Shown: positions 13,611 to 26,390 of the stretch, piece after piece
Numbering within the stretch: position 1 is the first letter of the stretch
Layout of the letters: every line of letters begins with the position of its first letter
Assembly (NCBI RefSeq): GCF_018977255.1
Contig: NW_024704743.1
Location: forward strand, 12,340,001-12,404,000
Reading direction: 5' to 3'
From: Callorhinchus milii
Taxonomy: Eukaryota
Length of the DNA: 64,000 nt
Position numbers and translations under genes: made by a program
Notes under the pieces: generated by a model
Told to the model about the DNA's origin: nothing
Databases searched by the model: none
The model's input: the letters and a program-made list of their open reading frames with translations, nothing else

Positions 13611-15044
13611 ATTGTTATAGTAATGTATTATAATAATAAAACTTGCATTTGGTATAGCGCCTTCGCAAGACAAGTCTAGCCATTGTTTTCACATTTTTAT
13701 CTTTAAATAACAAAAAATGTTTCTCATGTTTTCCATTCTTTGCTTGGGTTTGGCTCACACAGTGGAGTCGAGGAGGAAAAACAAACCATCTGGCTGGACT
13801 GCCTCTGTGCTTTGTTTTAACAAGCAAATAATACAAAGTTTGCCAGATCAGTCTTCACTGATCTGCTGAATGGTTTGGCTGCTGTGCTGGGTTCATAGTG
13901 TTAACGTGCACAGCTGAACAGTATTGGTACTTGCGTTGTTTGACTTGACCAGTCTTGAAGGGAGCTGGATCCCCCTGTTGCCCTGACCAACAATAATACA
14001 CCAGATAGAATAATAATAATCATCCTTGCATTGGATATAGCACCTTGTCATGTCATTGAGACGTCTCAAAGCACTTCAAAGAATATATTGTAAGTGAATT
14101 GACTGGATATTTTGTGGGCGAAAAGCAGCACCAATTGCACACAGCAGTGTCCCACAAACAGCCATGGATTGAGTGACCATTTATTTTTGAAGAGATTATT
14201 ATTCCCGAAAGCGATCCGGCTACTTACTGCTAGGTAAACTGAGGTTATTCTGTTTGCGGGGACTTTGCAGTGTGCAAATTGGCTGTCATATCTGCCTGAA
14301 AAATGAGCAGTCGCTACGCTATCTGGTCAAATCCCGTGAAGTGCTTTGAGACGCCACCCCGGCTCGAAAGGGCGCTGTATCAAATGCAAGGATTTTTATT
14401 ATTACGGTTATTATTTTGACTCGGACTGACCTGGGAGAGCGCTTGTTTGTTTATCGCTGTTACCATGTTATTCAGAGACCTTTGTTCAGTGGTCTCATGT
14501 TCTGCCCTGGCTCAATAACAAACAGCAGGTTTACATTCAGAGAGGCTGCAACATATGCTCGCTCGTAGAAACAATGTTTGGCCAAGAAATTTGCCAACTG
14601 TTAGCATGAGGGCATTGCTCAAAGCTTATTGATTATTTTCCCAGTTCCTCTCTGCCCTTTTCCGAGTATTGGTACATAGTGCACTCACCTCCATGTCCCA
14701 GGAATACTGGGTAAAATAGGTTAAAATTATTACGGAGGTCATTACAAACCAAGGCGGTTTTGCAATAGCTAATGAATACAAATAATTGTTGGGAAATGAG
14801 TTCAAAGTGTGTTCAACCCCCCCCGCATGTGTAGCACATGGCTTTATTTCAGTCCAGTGGTTTGTTTGTGTTGTTAATCTTCTAAGCAGCTTGTCAGCTA
14901 TAATTTTTCTTGCACATACATTGCTTTTAGAGTCTTGTAGTGTATTGGTTAGAACATGGGTTTGATTCCCAGTAGGGGCGGATATACTAGATGCGGGTTT
15001 GTGGGACACTGCTGTTTCGCCCAAAAATATGCAATCAATTCACT

Positions 15045-15338
15045 ATAATAATAATAATAATCCTTGCATTTGATATAGCGCTTTTCACGTTGGGAGGACG
15101 TCCCAAAGTGCTTCACAGAACACACTGTAAAGTGAATTGACTGTATATTTGTGGACGAACGCGGCAGCCAATTGTGCACAGCAGTGTCCCACAAACAGTC
15201 GTAGATTGAAAATGACCAATTTATTATTGTTTTGTTTTTTTGGAGGGATTATTATTAGTAAGGAAACTTGCCCAAGGTTTCGCCTTGCCTGGAATTGAAC
15301 TCAGGTCTCTCGCTTGCAAAGCGAGTGCTCTAACCACT
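15045..15338 (-). mobile_element. Young short tRNA-Ala SINE, slightly 5'-truncated
   Basis: Near-identical to the copies at 19451, 22824 and 59017, with a (TAT)n tail. Confidence 0.88.
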
Positions 15339-16034
15339 TAATTTTATAAACCCTAATTCGTGAACCTGACATAGCATCTTTCAGATCAGGAGGGCGTCTC
15401 AAAGCACTTCACATGACTTACTGTAAAGTAGTTGTGCCCAACAAAATAAATTTTCTTGATCAAATATTTCTTGATTTGTGCCATATCACGATATATTCAA
15501 TCAAGAAAAAAAATGAAAACAATACATTGATTTGACACAGACTCACTGAGCCCATGCAAATGTGACTTCTCGACAACCTCGCGGGCCATGCAGTGACTGT
15601 GTATTTGTGGGCAAACGGTAACTTAATTTGTGCACAGCCTCAGCTTCCTAACTTGGGGAAAGCTTCCTTGGATGAGACCAGCAAACTCTGCATGGACCAG
15701 GATTTGATCTGTAATCTGCTCTACCTAATCACTCTCCCCTACACTATGGGGCTGCCCATGACCATTTTAGTAAAATGGAGACACTACAGTGGAATTCTTT
15801 TAGATGTTGCAATTTTGTTTTATTTCACGAAGATTAAAACATTGCGAGGATTCTGTACTGTAATGTGATCTGAAACTGTGTGCATTATTGAATTAACAAG
15901 GGCTGGGAAACTCCAGAGATTATAATACTGTAATTAATAGCTACAGTGATAGGTTTTAAATTACAGGAATGCTGACATACATGTTTGTTCCCCAATTTTT
16001 ATTGCAGGAAGTGTCAACTTGGTTCAGTCATTAG

Positions 16035-16325
16035 TAATTTACCCCCGCCCAGCCTGCCCCACCATCGGTGGTCGGGCCTTCAATCTGTCTTCCCCCACCC
16101 TTTGGAACTCCATTCCGCATTCCATTTGCCTCACTCCCTCTGTTGCCTCCTTCAAGGTCTGTCTCAAGACCCTCTTCTCGACCCTGCCTTTGGTTACCTT
16201 CCTGCCCTCCTCTCCTCCTGATCCCAACCCCCTGCTCGGGTTCAAATCCCCGACTATCCAATGTCTTGGGATGTCCTCCCAACGTGAAAGGCGTTATACA
16301 CGCGTAATGTGTTGTTGTTCTTGCT
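16035..16325 (+). mobile_element. L2 LINE 3' end
   Basis: PTIGGRAFNLSSPTLWNSIP...SFKVCLKTLF followed by the 3' stem-loop and a ttgttg tail. Confidence 0.8.
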
Positions 16326-17089
16326 CTTGGGTCAGAAAGTGGTGGGTTGGACCCCTGCACCGGGACTTGGAACTTGCAGTGCAGTGATGCTTCAGTGGAG
16401 TGATGTTTCAGTGCAGTGCTGGGGGTGGGGCGAGTGCTGCATTGTCGGAGGCGCTGTCCTTCAGATGATGGGTTATATACTTGTACATTAAAGATGGATG
16501 GCGCTGTTGAGAAAGGAGAAGGGCATTTTGTTTTTAGCGACCTCTGGATAAAGTGGTCATTCACTTCATGGTTGTTTATGGGGCTTTTCTCTGGCTGCGC
16601 TGATCAACTGTTCTAACACATATAGTTAAAACAGTTGATGGCAAATCCATATGAAGTGCTTTGTGACAATTCTATGCATCACATTAAATGAAGATTGTTA
16701 AATGTGGAGGGGAAACTGGAGAGAGAGTCATCCCTGACTGCTCTCATATTACCCCCTATTGGGTTGTTCTGCTGTTATTGACAGAGACCTGAGAGTACGA
16801 TAACACCCTAGGTGAAAAGTAAGGCGAGGTAGACTGCGGGCGGGCACGGGCGGAGCGAGAAATTTCAAATCTCCTGCCTGTATAACGGATGCGAGAGACT
16901 GGCAAGGCCACGGGTGGACGAACTGGCAGTGGTGAGCGACCAGCGAGGTGAAGGTTCGGCTGCTTCAGGTGCAGTGAGGCATTTCAAAACCCCCCGCCTA
17001 TAAAACAGTCGAATCTCGCTGCTGGACATCACTTCCAGGAGCCATTTTCAAATCCATCAGGGTAGGGTAACTATAGGGTATATTCTACT

Positions 17090-20000
17090 ATTCTTCTGAT
17101 ATCTTGTTCTCCCTTCCCTCCCGGTCTCTGGAACCTACGCCATGACCGTTATCCCTGCTCTCCCCCCCCCCCGCGCTGTCTTCCGTAGCCCGCGGGCTGC
17201 TGTTGCCCCACTGATCGCTCGCTCCCGGTCTCTGTGAGCGCGTTTTGGCTGCCGCCCTGACTTGAGCTGCTCCCCTCGACAATGTTCCTGTTCCCACCCT
17301 CCACATTACGCTACTCTGTCCTTCTCTTCCACCGTCCTCCTCGCCTTCTCTCATCTGGACCCCACCATTACCTCCCTCTGCTCCAGCCTGTCCTATCGCT
17401 CATTCTCTCTGCACCAACCACCTCCGAAAGGCAAACCACCTCCCTTCTCCCTCCCTCATCCATACTGTCTCCAACACTGCCTGCTCCTCAAACTCCATGG
17501 TCATTTCTCCCCCACGACCTCAAATCCTCTCTATACCATTCTCCCCATCACTGCCCCCCACTAGCAAACCTATCCGCATTTCCCTCCAAAATGTCTGCTC
17601 CCTCTCCAACAAAGCCCTTACTACCCATGACCTCATTCTGGATGAGCACATTGGTATTCTTGGGCTTACCTCCCCCCCACCCCCAACCAATGTGATGGTG
17701 GGGTGGCCCTCATTCCCAACTTTCCTTTGTCTATCCTTCTATTTCTCTGGCTGTTTCTCCTCCTTTGAGCACCTCACCCTCTACCATCACTCCTCTCTCT
17801 CCCTCAAAATCCTTCTAGTTTACCGCCCCCAAACCTCCTGGCTCCTTCCTCACTGATATCTTCTCTCATCCCTGACCCTCGGCGCTGAACACCTGCTCCT
17901 AATAGATGATTTCAACCTCCACCTAAACTCCCCTTGCAGCACCTCCTCATATTTCACTGGCCTCCTCTCCTCTCTAAACATCACCCTCCACATCGACTCG
18001 CCGACCCACAACCGTGACCATCCCCTTGACCTCGTCATCACACACGCCCTTGACATTTCCGACCTGTCAATCATGACAAGGCACCGTCAGACCACTTCCT
18101 CATCTCCCTCTCCTCCTATATCCCCGGCCCCTCTTCCAAATCCTCCACCATTTTTTTTCGCCCCTGGAAAAAGCTTCCCTGAGTCCCTCACAAAAGCCCT
18201 CTGTTCCTTGGATCTTCTCTCCCTCTGGCCCTCTACCCACAGCGATCCTGATAAAGCCATCAAGTTGTTGAATGACCGTCTCCCCACAAACTTCAATTCC
18301 CGGCTTCCCTGAAATCCAGGGTTGTTTCCAAATCCCTCTCCCCCTGGTACAATAGTTATCTCCGCTCACTCAAAACACAAAACCAGATGCTCGAGCACAA
18401 ATGGCAGAAATCTGGCCTCACGATTCACCGCCAGCTGTGGCTCGAGCACCTCCTCACCCACCGCCTCTCTCTTTCACAGGCCCAAACTGGCTTTTACTCC
18501 AAAGTCATCCTGGAGGCAAACAACAATCCAAAGACACTGTTTTCCATATCCATCACCTCCTCTGTGCACTCCCTCAAGGCCCCTCTATCCTCACATTAAA
18601 AGCCAAATGTGAAGAGGTCCTCAACTTCTTCGCCTCAAAAATTGAAAACATCCGCTTGGTTGCATCGTCCTCAACCCTCAACCACCCATGTCCCTTTCCA
18701 CCCCACCCAGACCATCCACACCGCATTCTCTCTCCACCACGGCTCCTGCCACTCCCCCCTCCTTACACTTCTTTGTCCCCATTTCTCCCTCCTCCCTCTC
18801 AACCATAATCACCCGGATGAAGTTCACCACCTGCTGCCTCGATCCTCTCCCCACCCAGTTGCTGGTCATTCAACTCCCCCTTCTCTCCCCTCTGTGGCCG
18901 ACACGGTCAACCAATCTCTGTCTTCAGGCTCTGTTCCACTCCCCCTGAAAACCTCTGTCATCACACCCCTCCTCAAAAAACCCACCCTCGATCCCTCTAA
19001 TCTCTCACACTACCGTCCCATCTCCAACCTGCCCCTCCTTGCCAAAGTCCTGGAATGCACTGTTGCAGGTCAACTTCGGTCACACCCTCCCTCCACTGCC
19101 TCCTCAAGCCCCCGCAGTCTGGTTTTGGCCATGGCCACAGCACAGAGACAGCACTTGTCAAAGTCACAGGCAACATTCTCTCTATTTGGGACCAGGGCAC
19201 CCTCTGCCTCCTCGTCCTCCTGGATCTCTCTGCTGTGTTCGACACAATCGACCATACTCCTCCATCGGCTCTCCTCCCTCATCTACTTTAGTGGGACTGC
19301 ACTCACATGGTTTGAGTCCTACACAGTCCACTGTGTGGAGCCAGTGCAGAACTCCTAACTGTCCTTTAATCCCCACGTTTGTGCTGTGACCCATTCCGCT
19401 TTCCCCCACCTCCAAAGCATTCCCTGCCTCCACCACTATCTGTCATTTGTGGAGTCCTGTAGCTCAGTGGTTAGAGCACTCGCTTTGCAAGTGAGAGACC
19501 TGAGTTCAATTCCAGGCAGGGCAAAACCTTGGGCATGTTTCCTTAATCCATAAGCCTAATAATAATCCCTCCAAAACCAAAAACAATAATAAAAATTGGT
19601 CATTTTCAATCTATGACTGTTTGTGGGACATTGCTGTGCGCAATTGGCTGCCGCGTTCGCCCACAAATATACAGTCAATTCACTTTACAGTGTGTTCTGT
19701 GAAGCGCTTTGGGACGTCCTCCCGACGTGAAAAGCGCTATACCAAATGCAAGGATTATTATTATTATTATTATTATTACTTAACCAACCGCCTCCATTTC
19801 ATCTCAGCAAATGGTTTCTCCTCTTGTGGGGTACCTTAGGCCTCCATCCTTGGCCCTCTTCTTTTCTTTAGCTATATGCTCCCTCTGGGTGATGTCATCC
19901 GCAGACACGGGGTAAACTTCCACATGTTTGCTTTCTCCAATACCAACTCCAGGTCCACTGATGTTCTATCAGCTTGTCTGGCAAACATCAAGGTCTGAAT

Positions 20001-20150
20001 GAGTGTAAACTTCCTGCAGCTGAGTATGGACAAGATGGAAGCCATACTCCTTGGCTCCCATCAACGTCTTCACTTCTGCGGATCTAACCTCCTGAACTTC
20101 CCTGGGCTCCCCCTCAGACTCAGTGAACCAGTGCGCAATCTAGGCGACTC
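17090..20150 (+). mobile_element. Long decayed L2 LINE with APE endonuclease and RT, interrupted at ~19323-19778
   Basis: EN motifs LQNVCSLSNK, FEHL, VYRP, DFNLH, PTH..HPLDLVIT and SDH. RT motifs PLLKKPTLDP..YRPISNLP and HSTETALVKV..LDLSAVFDTIDH. Many frameshifts and stops. Confidence 0.9.
19451..19778 (+). mobile_element. Young short tRNA-Ala SINE, full length
   Basis: A box tagctcagtgg, B box gttcaattcc, TTTGCAA anticodon-like loop, 3' stem-loop and (TAT)n tail. Confidence 0.92.
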
Positions 20151-20339
20151 TACATTAAACAGGCACAGGCGTAGGAAAGGCGGCACCTCTGGCAATGCAA
20201 CATGCTCCCCAGCACTGCACTGGAGTGTCAGCCTATATCTTGTGAGCTGAAAACCCCAACATGGGCTTAAACCTGCAACCTTCTAGCTCAGAAGCGAGAG
20301 TGATACCCACTGAGACAGGCTGACATCCTGATGGTAGTT

Positions 20340-20664
20340 TAATAAATAATAATAATAATCCTTGCATTTGATATAGCTCTTTTAACGTCGGGAGGACGTC
20401 CCAAAGCGCTTCACAGAATATACTGTAAAGTGAATTGAGTGTATATTTGTGGGCGAACGCGGCAGCCAATTGCGCACAGTAATTTCCCACAAACAGTCAT
20501 GGATTGAAAATGACCAATGTATTATTGTTTTTGGTTTTGGAGGGATTATTATTAGGCTCTGTGTGGAGTAGGAAACTTGCCCAAGGTTTCGCCCTCTGCC
20601 TGGAATTGAACTCAGGTCTCTCGCTTGCAAAGCGAGTGCTCTAACCACTGAGCTACAGGACTCC
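20340..20664 (-). mobile_element. Young short tRNA-Ala SINE, full length
   Basis: Near reverse complement of 19451-19778. Confidence 0.92.
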
Positions 20665-22823
20665 AAGATAAATCCAGATTTTATTTATGATACTTGTAAT
20701 CCCATTCAAAGGTTTGTCCACTGATATTGAAACTCTCTCAACAGCATGTTTTCAGCTATAAATGCAATTTGTTCCATCCTCTAATAACTCTAAAGGAGTT
20801 TAAAGTCCATGATCAGATTTTACAAAATTCCCCTTTTAATAGGTCACAGATTAATGTGCTGTCAGATTACACTCCCGCTGACAACAGTATTATAATAATC
20901 CTTGCATTTGATGTAGTGCCTTTCATGTCGGGAGGATGTCTCAAAGCTCTTCACGGGATTCAATGTGAAGTGTAGTGACTGTTTTTTTGTAGGGCGCACG
21001 CGCAGCCAAATTGCCCACAACAATCTCCCACAAGCAGCCATGAAGTGAACTAACAATTTTATTCAGGGGATTGTTGGCCAGGACACTGGGAATAATTTCC
21101 CTTCCTTGGAAATACACCTACAAAATACAGTCATGACTCTTTACAGTAAATTGTTTTACATCCTCCCGATGTGAAAGGCACTATTTCAAATGGAAGGATT
21201 ATTATTATTGTTGTTATTATTATTGTTATTATTATAAATAGTGCCATGGGATCTTTAACCTGTACCTGAGCATGCTGATGGGACTGTTCAACATTTCATC
21301 TGAAGGACGGCACATCCGACAATGTAGCGCACCCCCAACACTGCACTGGAACGTAAACCTGGACTATGCGCTCAAAGTAATTGTATGATGTGAGAGTGCT
21401 AACAGAACCAAACTGGCCGAATCAGCCAAATCATTGAGAGGTCAGTGGTTGTCCACAATCATTGGCAAGAAAGAGAGAGGGATTTTACTCTAGGTAAAGG
21501 AAAGGTTAGAAATTGGCTGTGAGAAATGGACAGTCATATTTATAGAGTTGATCAGAATAATCCTTGCATTTGATGCAGTGCTTTATTACTGTCAAACTGT
21601 CTCAAAACTCCTCACAGAGTTTTCTTTATAGTGTAGTGACTGTAAGTGAACGCGGCAGGCAATTTTTATGGGGGGAGGTTCATTGACCCTTCGCTTTTGG
21701 AATATTGTCCTGGGATCTTTTAATGGCAATTTGTCTGCCTTTAAAGTGCCATGAGTGCTACCCCGTGTGATGGTCGCTATATAAATGCAAGTTGTTGTTG
21801 TTGCCTCTGATAATGCAGCGCTCCCCCAGCACTACAGTGGGGTATCAGCATAGACAGTGCGAGCTCAAAGTCCCTGACCTTGTTATCATTCTTGTTCAAT
21901 CTTTATTCCAATTTCTTGATGATTTAACAACGGTTCTGAAATCCTGCCTGAGATTAATAATATATAATAATAATCCTGGCATTTGATATAGCGCCTTATC
22001 ACGTGTTCGAGATGTTTCAAAGCATTTCACAGAATATACTGAAAGTGAATTGCTTGTATATTTTGTGGATGAAACGTGGCAGTCAATTGATCACAGCAGT
22101 GTCCCACAAACAGGCGTGGATTGAGTAACTAAATGTTTTTTGTTTAAGGGATTATTACTCCTGAAAAGCGATCTGCCAGTCGATTAACAACTGGGTTCCT
22201 ACTTACTGCTAGGTAAACAGAGGCGTGTGGAGTAAGGAAACTTGCCTAACGTTTCGCAATGTTTCTACACAGCCAGGGACAGAAATAGGATGTTGATCTG
22301 GGAGAATCCTGTTAGCGTGCATAATCTTCTCACTCGCAAATAAAAATAAAGTCTCTGTTGACTTTACAGCAAGCCCAGGGTTTATTTTCCGATTTTTGCA
22401 AAAAGGATTTTTGTTTCCACCTTTTTGTCTGGAAAGCAAGGGACACTTTGTATTGGCTGTTGTAGTGGGGGTGGGGGAAGAGAGAAGGAAAATTGAAAGA
22501 TAATTATAGACCAAATTATGGGCGAAACGCAGCAGCCTGCGTATAGCAATGTCCCACAAACAGTTGTGGAATAAATTACCAAATTATTTTTTATTATTTA
22601 TTTGTTTTGAAGAGATTATTACTGTTTTGTAAACAAACTTTGCTGTGTTCTGCGGGTCTTGTCCTCTGTATTGAGTGTCATTATTATTATTCAATGTCTG
22701 TGGGACACTGCTGTATGCAACAGGCTGCTGCGTTTCGCCCACTAAATACACAGCCAATTCACTTTACAGTGTGTCTTGTGAAGCACTTTCAGACATCTCA
22801 ACGACTTGATAAAGTGCTATACT

Positions 22824-23125
22824 GAGTCCTGTAGCTCAGTGGTTAGAGCACTCGCTTTGCAAGCGAGAGACCTGAGTTCAATTCCAGGCAGGGCGAAACC
22901 TTGGGCAAGTTTCCTTACTCCACACAGAGCCTAATAATAATCCCTCCAAAACAAAAACAATAATAAATTGGTCATTTTCAATCCCTGACAGTTTGTGGGA
23001 CATTGCTGTGCGCAATTGGCTGCCGCGTTCGCCCACAAATATACAGTCAATTCACTTTACAGTCTATTCTGTGAAGCGCTTTGGGACGTCCTCCCGACGT
23101 GAAAAGCGCTATATCAAATGCAAGG

Positions 23126-23163
<38 letters not shown>
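22824..23163 (+). mobile_element. Young short tRNA-Ala SINE nested in an older SINE tail
   Basis: Full head and long (TAT)n tail. It splits the host sequence aaagtgctata|tcaaatgcaag. Confidence 0.92.
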
Positions 23164-23167
<4 letters not shown>

Positions 23168-23751
23168 CAAATGCAAGAATCATTATTATTGATTTGAGTC
23201 TCACTGTGTCCTATGCTGTTTGAGGGACTGGAGCAGAGAATCTTCCCACTAAGCTCCCGTTAACCTTGCAAGCCAAAACCCTATCGGGTATGATGGTCCT
23301 AACCGAACAAGCAGCGGGAAGACTAAACCACGAATGGTGAGATTCGGGGAGAGAGAAGGCAGCAGTAAACTAGAGTCAGTATCAGGTATGGGCAGGTAAA
23401 TGGACCTGGAGGTGATTCAGGCTTATGACAAGATGACTCAGTGGCGATCTTATACTGTGGTTTGACTGTGTATTTTGCGGCCGCAATTTCACACAGCAGT
23501 GTCCCACAAACAGCCGTGTGTGTATTTGCATATAGGATGAACCAGTACAGTAGAACAAGAGACCACAGATTTAGAGCTGCAAGGAGCAATTTTGAGACAT
23601 ACCAGAAAGTTTATCTTTCCTTGGAGGGTAATCAGTAACCAGAACAGGGTGGCCAGGAATGGTGGTTGGAGCCAGGACACTTATTTAAACTGCAGCTTGT
23701 TGAAATTGGAGCCAAAGAGCTTTTATCATCCGAGTCGATCTTGTGAAGACC

Positions 23752-24255
23752 ATGAAGGGATTTCAGAAAAGAAGATAAGGGGAAGAAGACCGAGTGGCGT
23801 AGATTGACGATGTTGTGTCTGCAAGAATACCCAATCAAGTCCCACTCGAGCATGCCTCCAAACAACACCAGCATCGACTTTGAGAAGTTCTCGAGAGTCC
23901 TGGAGGAAATCAGTGCCATGGAAGACAGCATTCAGGAGCTGGTGAGAAACAAGAAATCCTTCAAGGAGGATGTTGACGCCCTCATTTCAATCTACAAGAA
24001 GGAGTCCTGGTACAAGGAGGAGAATGACAGGATCAGCCAAGACCTGGGGCAGATTAAGAGTGAGATGTGGAAGATGGAGACTCTGTGAAACCAGGCCCAG
24101 CATGAGGTTAAATCCATGATGCTTTCTACCAACATCTTCCTGAAGAGGAGTACTCCAAGCTGGAGTCCCGTTATGATGAATTAGCTGCAGAACTGAAATG
24201 GGTGGAGGAACTCCTCAAGTCTGTGGAGCAGGAGCGAATGCAGGGAGAGGTTGCT
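23752..24255 (+). pseudogene. Decayed coiled-coil-like coding remnant of unknown identity
   Basis: ORF 23804..24088 (IDFEKFSRVLEEISAMEDSIQELVRNKK...) continues after a stop and frameshift as EEEYSKLESRYDELAAELKWVEELLKSVEQERMQGE. Codons are G/C-ending biased and E/K-rich. Confidence 0.45.
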
Positions 24256-24679
24256 GATTATGGCTGATTTGGGAGGATATTTTAGTTCCCATAATTTGGA
24301 AATCCATTTTTTACCCACTCTGGGCAGCCAAACTGAACTTGCCATTGGGATCCTTTTAGCCGTTGTCTTAACTGTGTCCAACTTCCCAACCGCATATTAG
24401 TGATTTTGGGTTTCTTGCTGAAATTTCAATTTTAAAAAGTCTCTCCATGAGTATAAAATCCCATTCTCAATTGACCAAATGTTCCACAGAATGGACACTG
24501 CCCACAGTCGTTCTCTATATTACCTAACATCATGATTTGCCCACTCCTCCTAAATCCAAACCCCAGCTCAGGTGCAAACCTTCGACTGTCCAGCAATTTG
24601 GGATGTCTTCCCAGTATGAAACGTGCTGTATAAATGCAATTTGTTGTTACCTGTCTGAAAACATCACGTCTATTTCCAG

Positions 24680-26390
24680 TGTGAAGAGATCATAAGCTTC
24701 CTTATCTCTAAAATAGAAAACATCCGCCTGGCAACCTCATCCCCTACGACCCAGCCCCCCCATTCCGTCTCCTTCACACACACCCCCCCCCTCAGCTCCT
24801 ACCATAGCCCCCATCCTACATTCCTTTGCCCCATCTCTCCCACCACCTGCTGCCTCGAACCCCTCCACACCCAACTGCTGATCAATCTACTCCCCCTCCT
24901 GTGCCCACTGCCAGCAGACATCATTAATCAGTCCCTTTCCTCAGGATCAGTCCCACTCCCCATCAAAACCACCGTCATCACCCCCCTCCTTAAAAAAAGC
25001 TACCCTCGATCACTCCAAACTCATGCACTACCGCCCTATCTCAAGCTTTGGAATGCGTTGTTGCCAATCAACTTTGCCCACACTTCTCACTCCACTCCCT
25101 ACTCGAACCTTTCCAGTTCGGTTTCCACCCTGTCCACAGTACAGAGACAGAGCTCGTCAAAGTCACAAACAATGTCCTCTCTATCTGTGACCAGGGCTTC
25201 CTCTGCCTCCTCGCCCTCCTGGACCTTTCCGCCGTGTTCGACAGAGTCGATCACGCCATCTTCCTCCACCTTTCCTCCATTATCCACCTCAGTGGGACCG
25301 CACTCGCTTGGTTCGAGTCCTACCTTACAAACCGCCAGCACTACATTTCCGCAAATGAGTGTTCTTCTCGCTTCCATTGTTGGTCCCCTTCTCATCCTCA
25401 TCTATATGCTCCCCGTCGGTGATGTCATCCACAGACACGGGGTTAACTTCCACATGTATGCGGATGACATTCAACTCTACTTGTCCTCCTCCAGCTGCGA
25501 CCCCCAGTCCTCTGATATTCTGTTATCTTGTCTGGCAGACATCAAGGCCTGGATGATCGCAAATTTCTTGCAGTTAAATGTCAATAAGGCTGAAGCCATA
25601 CTCTTTGGCTCCTGTCGATGTCTTCTGTTCTATGGTTCAGACCTCCTCAACCTACTCGATCTGTCCTTAAAACTCTCTGAACCTGTGTGCAACTTAGGCG
25701 TCAGGTTCATTCCCCAGTTATCCTTCCTCTCTCACATCTGGTTTCTAACCAAGTAATTTTCCTCCACTTCCACCATGTTTCCTGTCTTCGACAACACTTC
25801 CCTCCACAAGCTGCCAAAACCCTTGTCCACGCCTTCATCACCTCTTGGTTGGACTACTCAATTGCCCTCCTCTTTGGTCTCCCCTCCTCCACTATTCACA
25901 AAATTCAATTCATCCAAATCTCCGCCGCCCGCATTCTCACCTGCACTAAACTCTGTACCCCGATTACCCCAGTCCTTACCAAACTTCATTGGCTCCCTGT
26001 CACAGAGTGGATCGACTTCAAGATCCTCACTCTAGTGTTTAAATCCCTTGCCACCTTGGCACCCCCCTAACTCCTCACAGAACTACCCGCTGCCTCCGCT
26101 CTACTGACTCCGGCCTCCTCCTTGTCCCTCGAATCCTCCACTCCACCATCGGCCACTGTGTCTACAGCCATTATGTCCTGAACCTGTGGAACTCCCTCCC
26201 TCAATCCATTCGCCTTGCTGCATCTTTCCTCATTTTCAGGATGCGTCTGAAGACCTTCCTCTACAATTGTGCCTATGGTCACCTTCCCCACCCCCTGGCT
26301 CGGCATTGGGATCCACCATTGTTACGCGTCTGAGACGCCGCCCGGCTTGGAGAGCGCTATATAAATGGAAGTTGTTGCTGTTGCTTGTTG
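24680..26390 (+). mobile_element. 5'-truncated L2 LINE (RT to 3' end)
   Basis: HSTETELVKV, LDLSAVFDRVDH, FHMYADDIQLY, NFLQLNVNKAE and LHWLPVTEWIDFKIL, with tail atataaatggaagttgttg. Confidence 0.9.

Noticed and set aside
19451..19525. tRNA-Ala(TGC)-like sequence (also at 7680, 20590, 22824, 37500, 42665, 59280)
   Set aside because: It has A/B boxes and an anticodon arm but no closing acceptor stem, and it continues into a SINE body and tail. These are SINE heads, not tRNA genes.
19621..19839. Recurrent ORF MWDIAVRNWLPRSPTNIQSIHFTV...KDYYYY
   Set aside because: Incidental translation of the SINE 3' half from a non-ATG start; the poly-Tyr comes from the (TAT)n tail.
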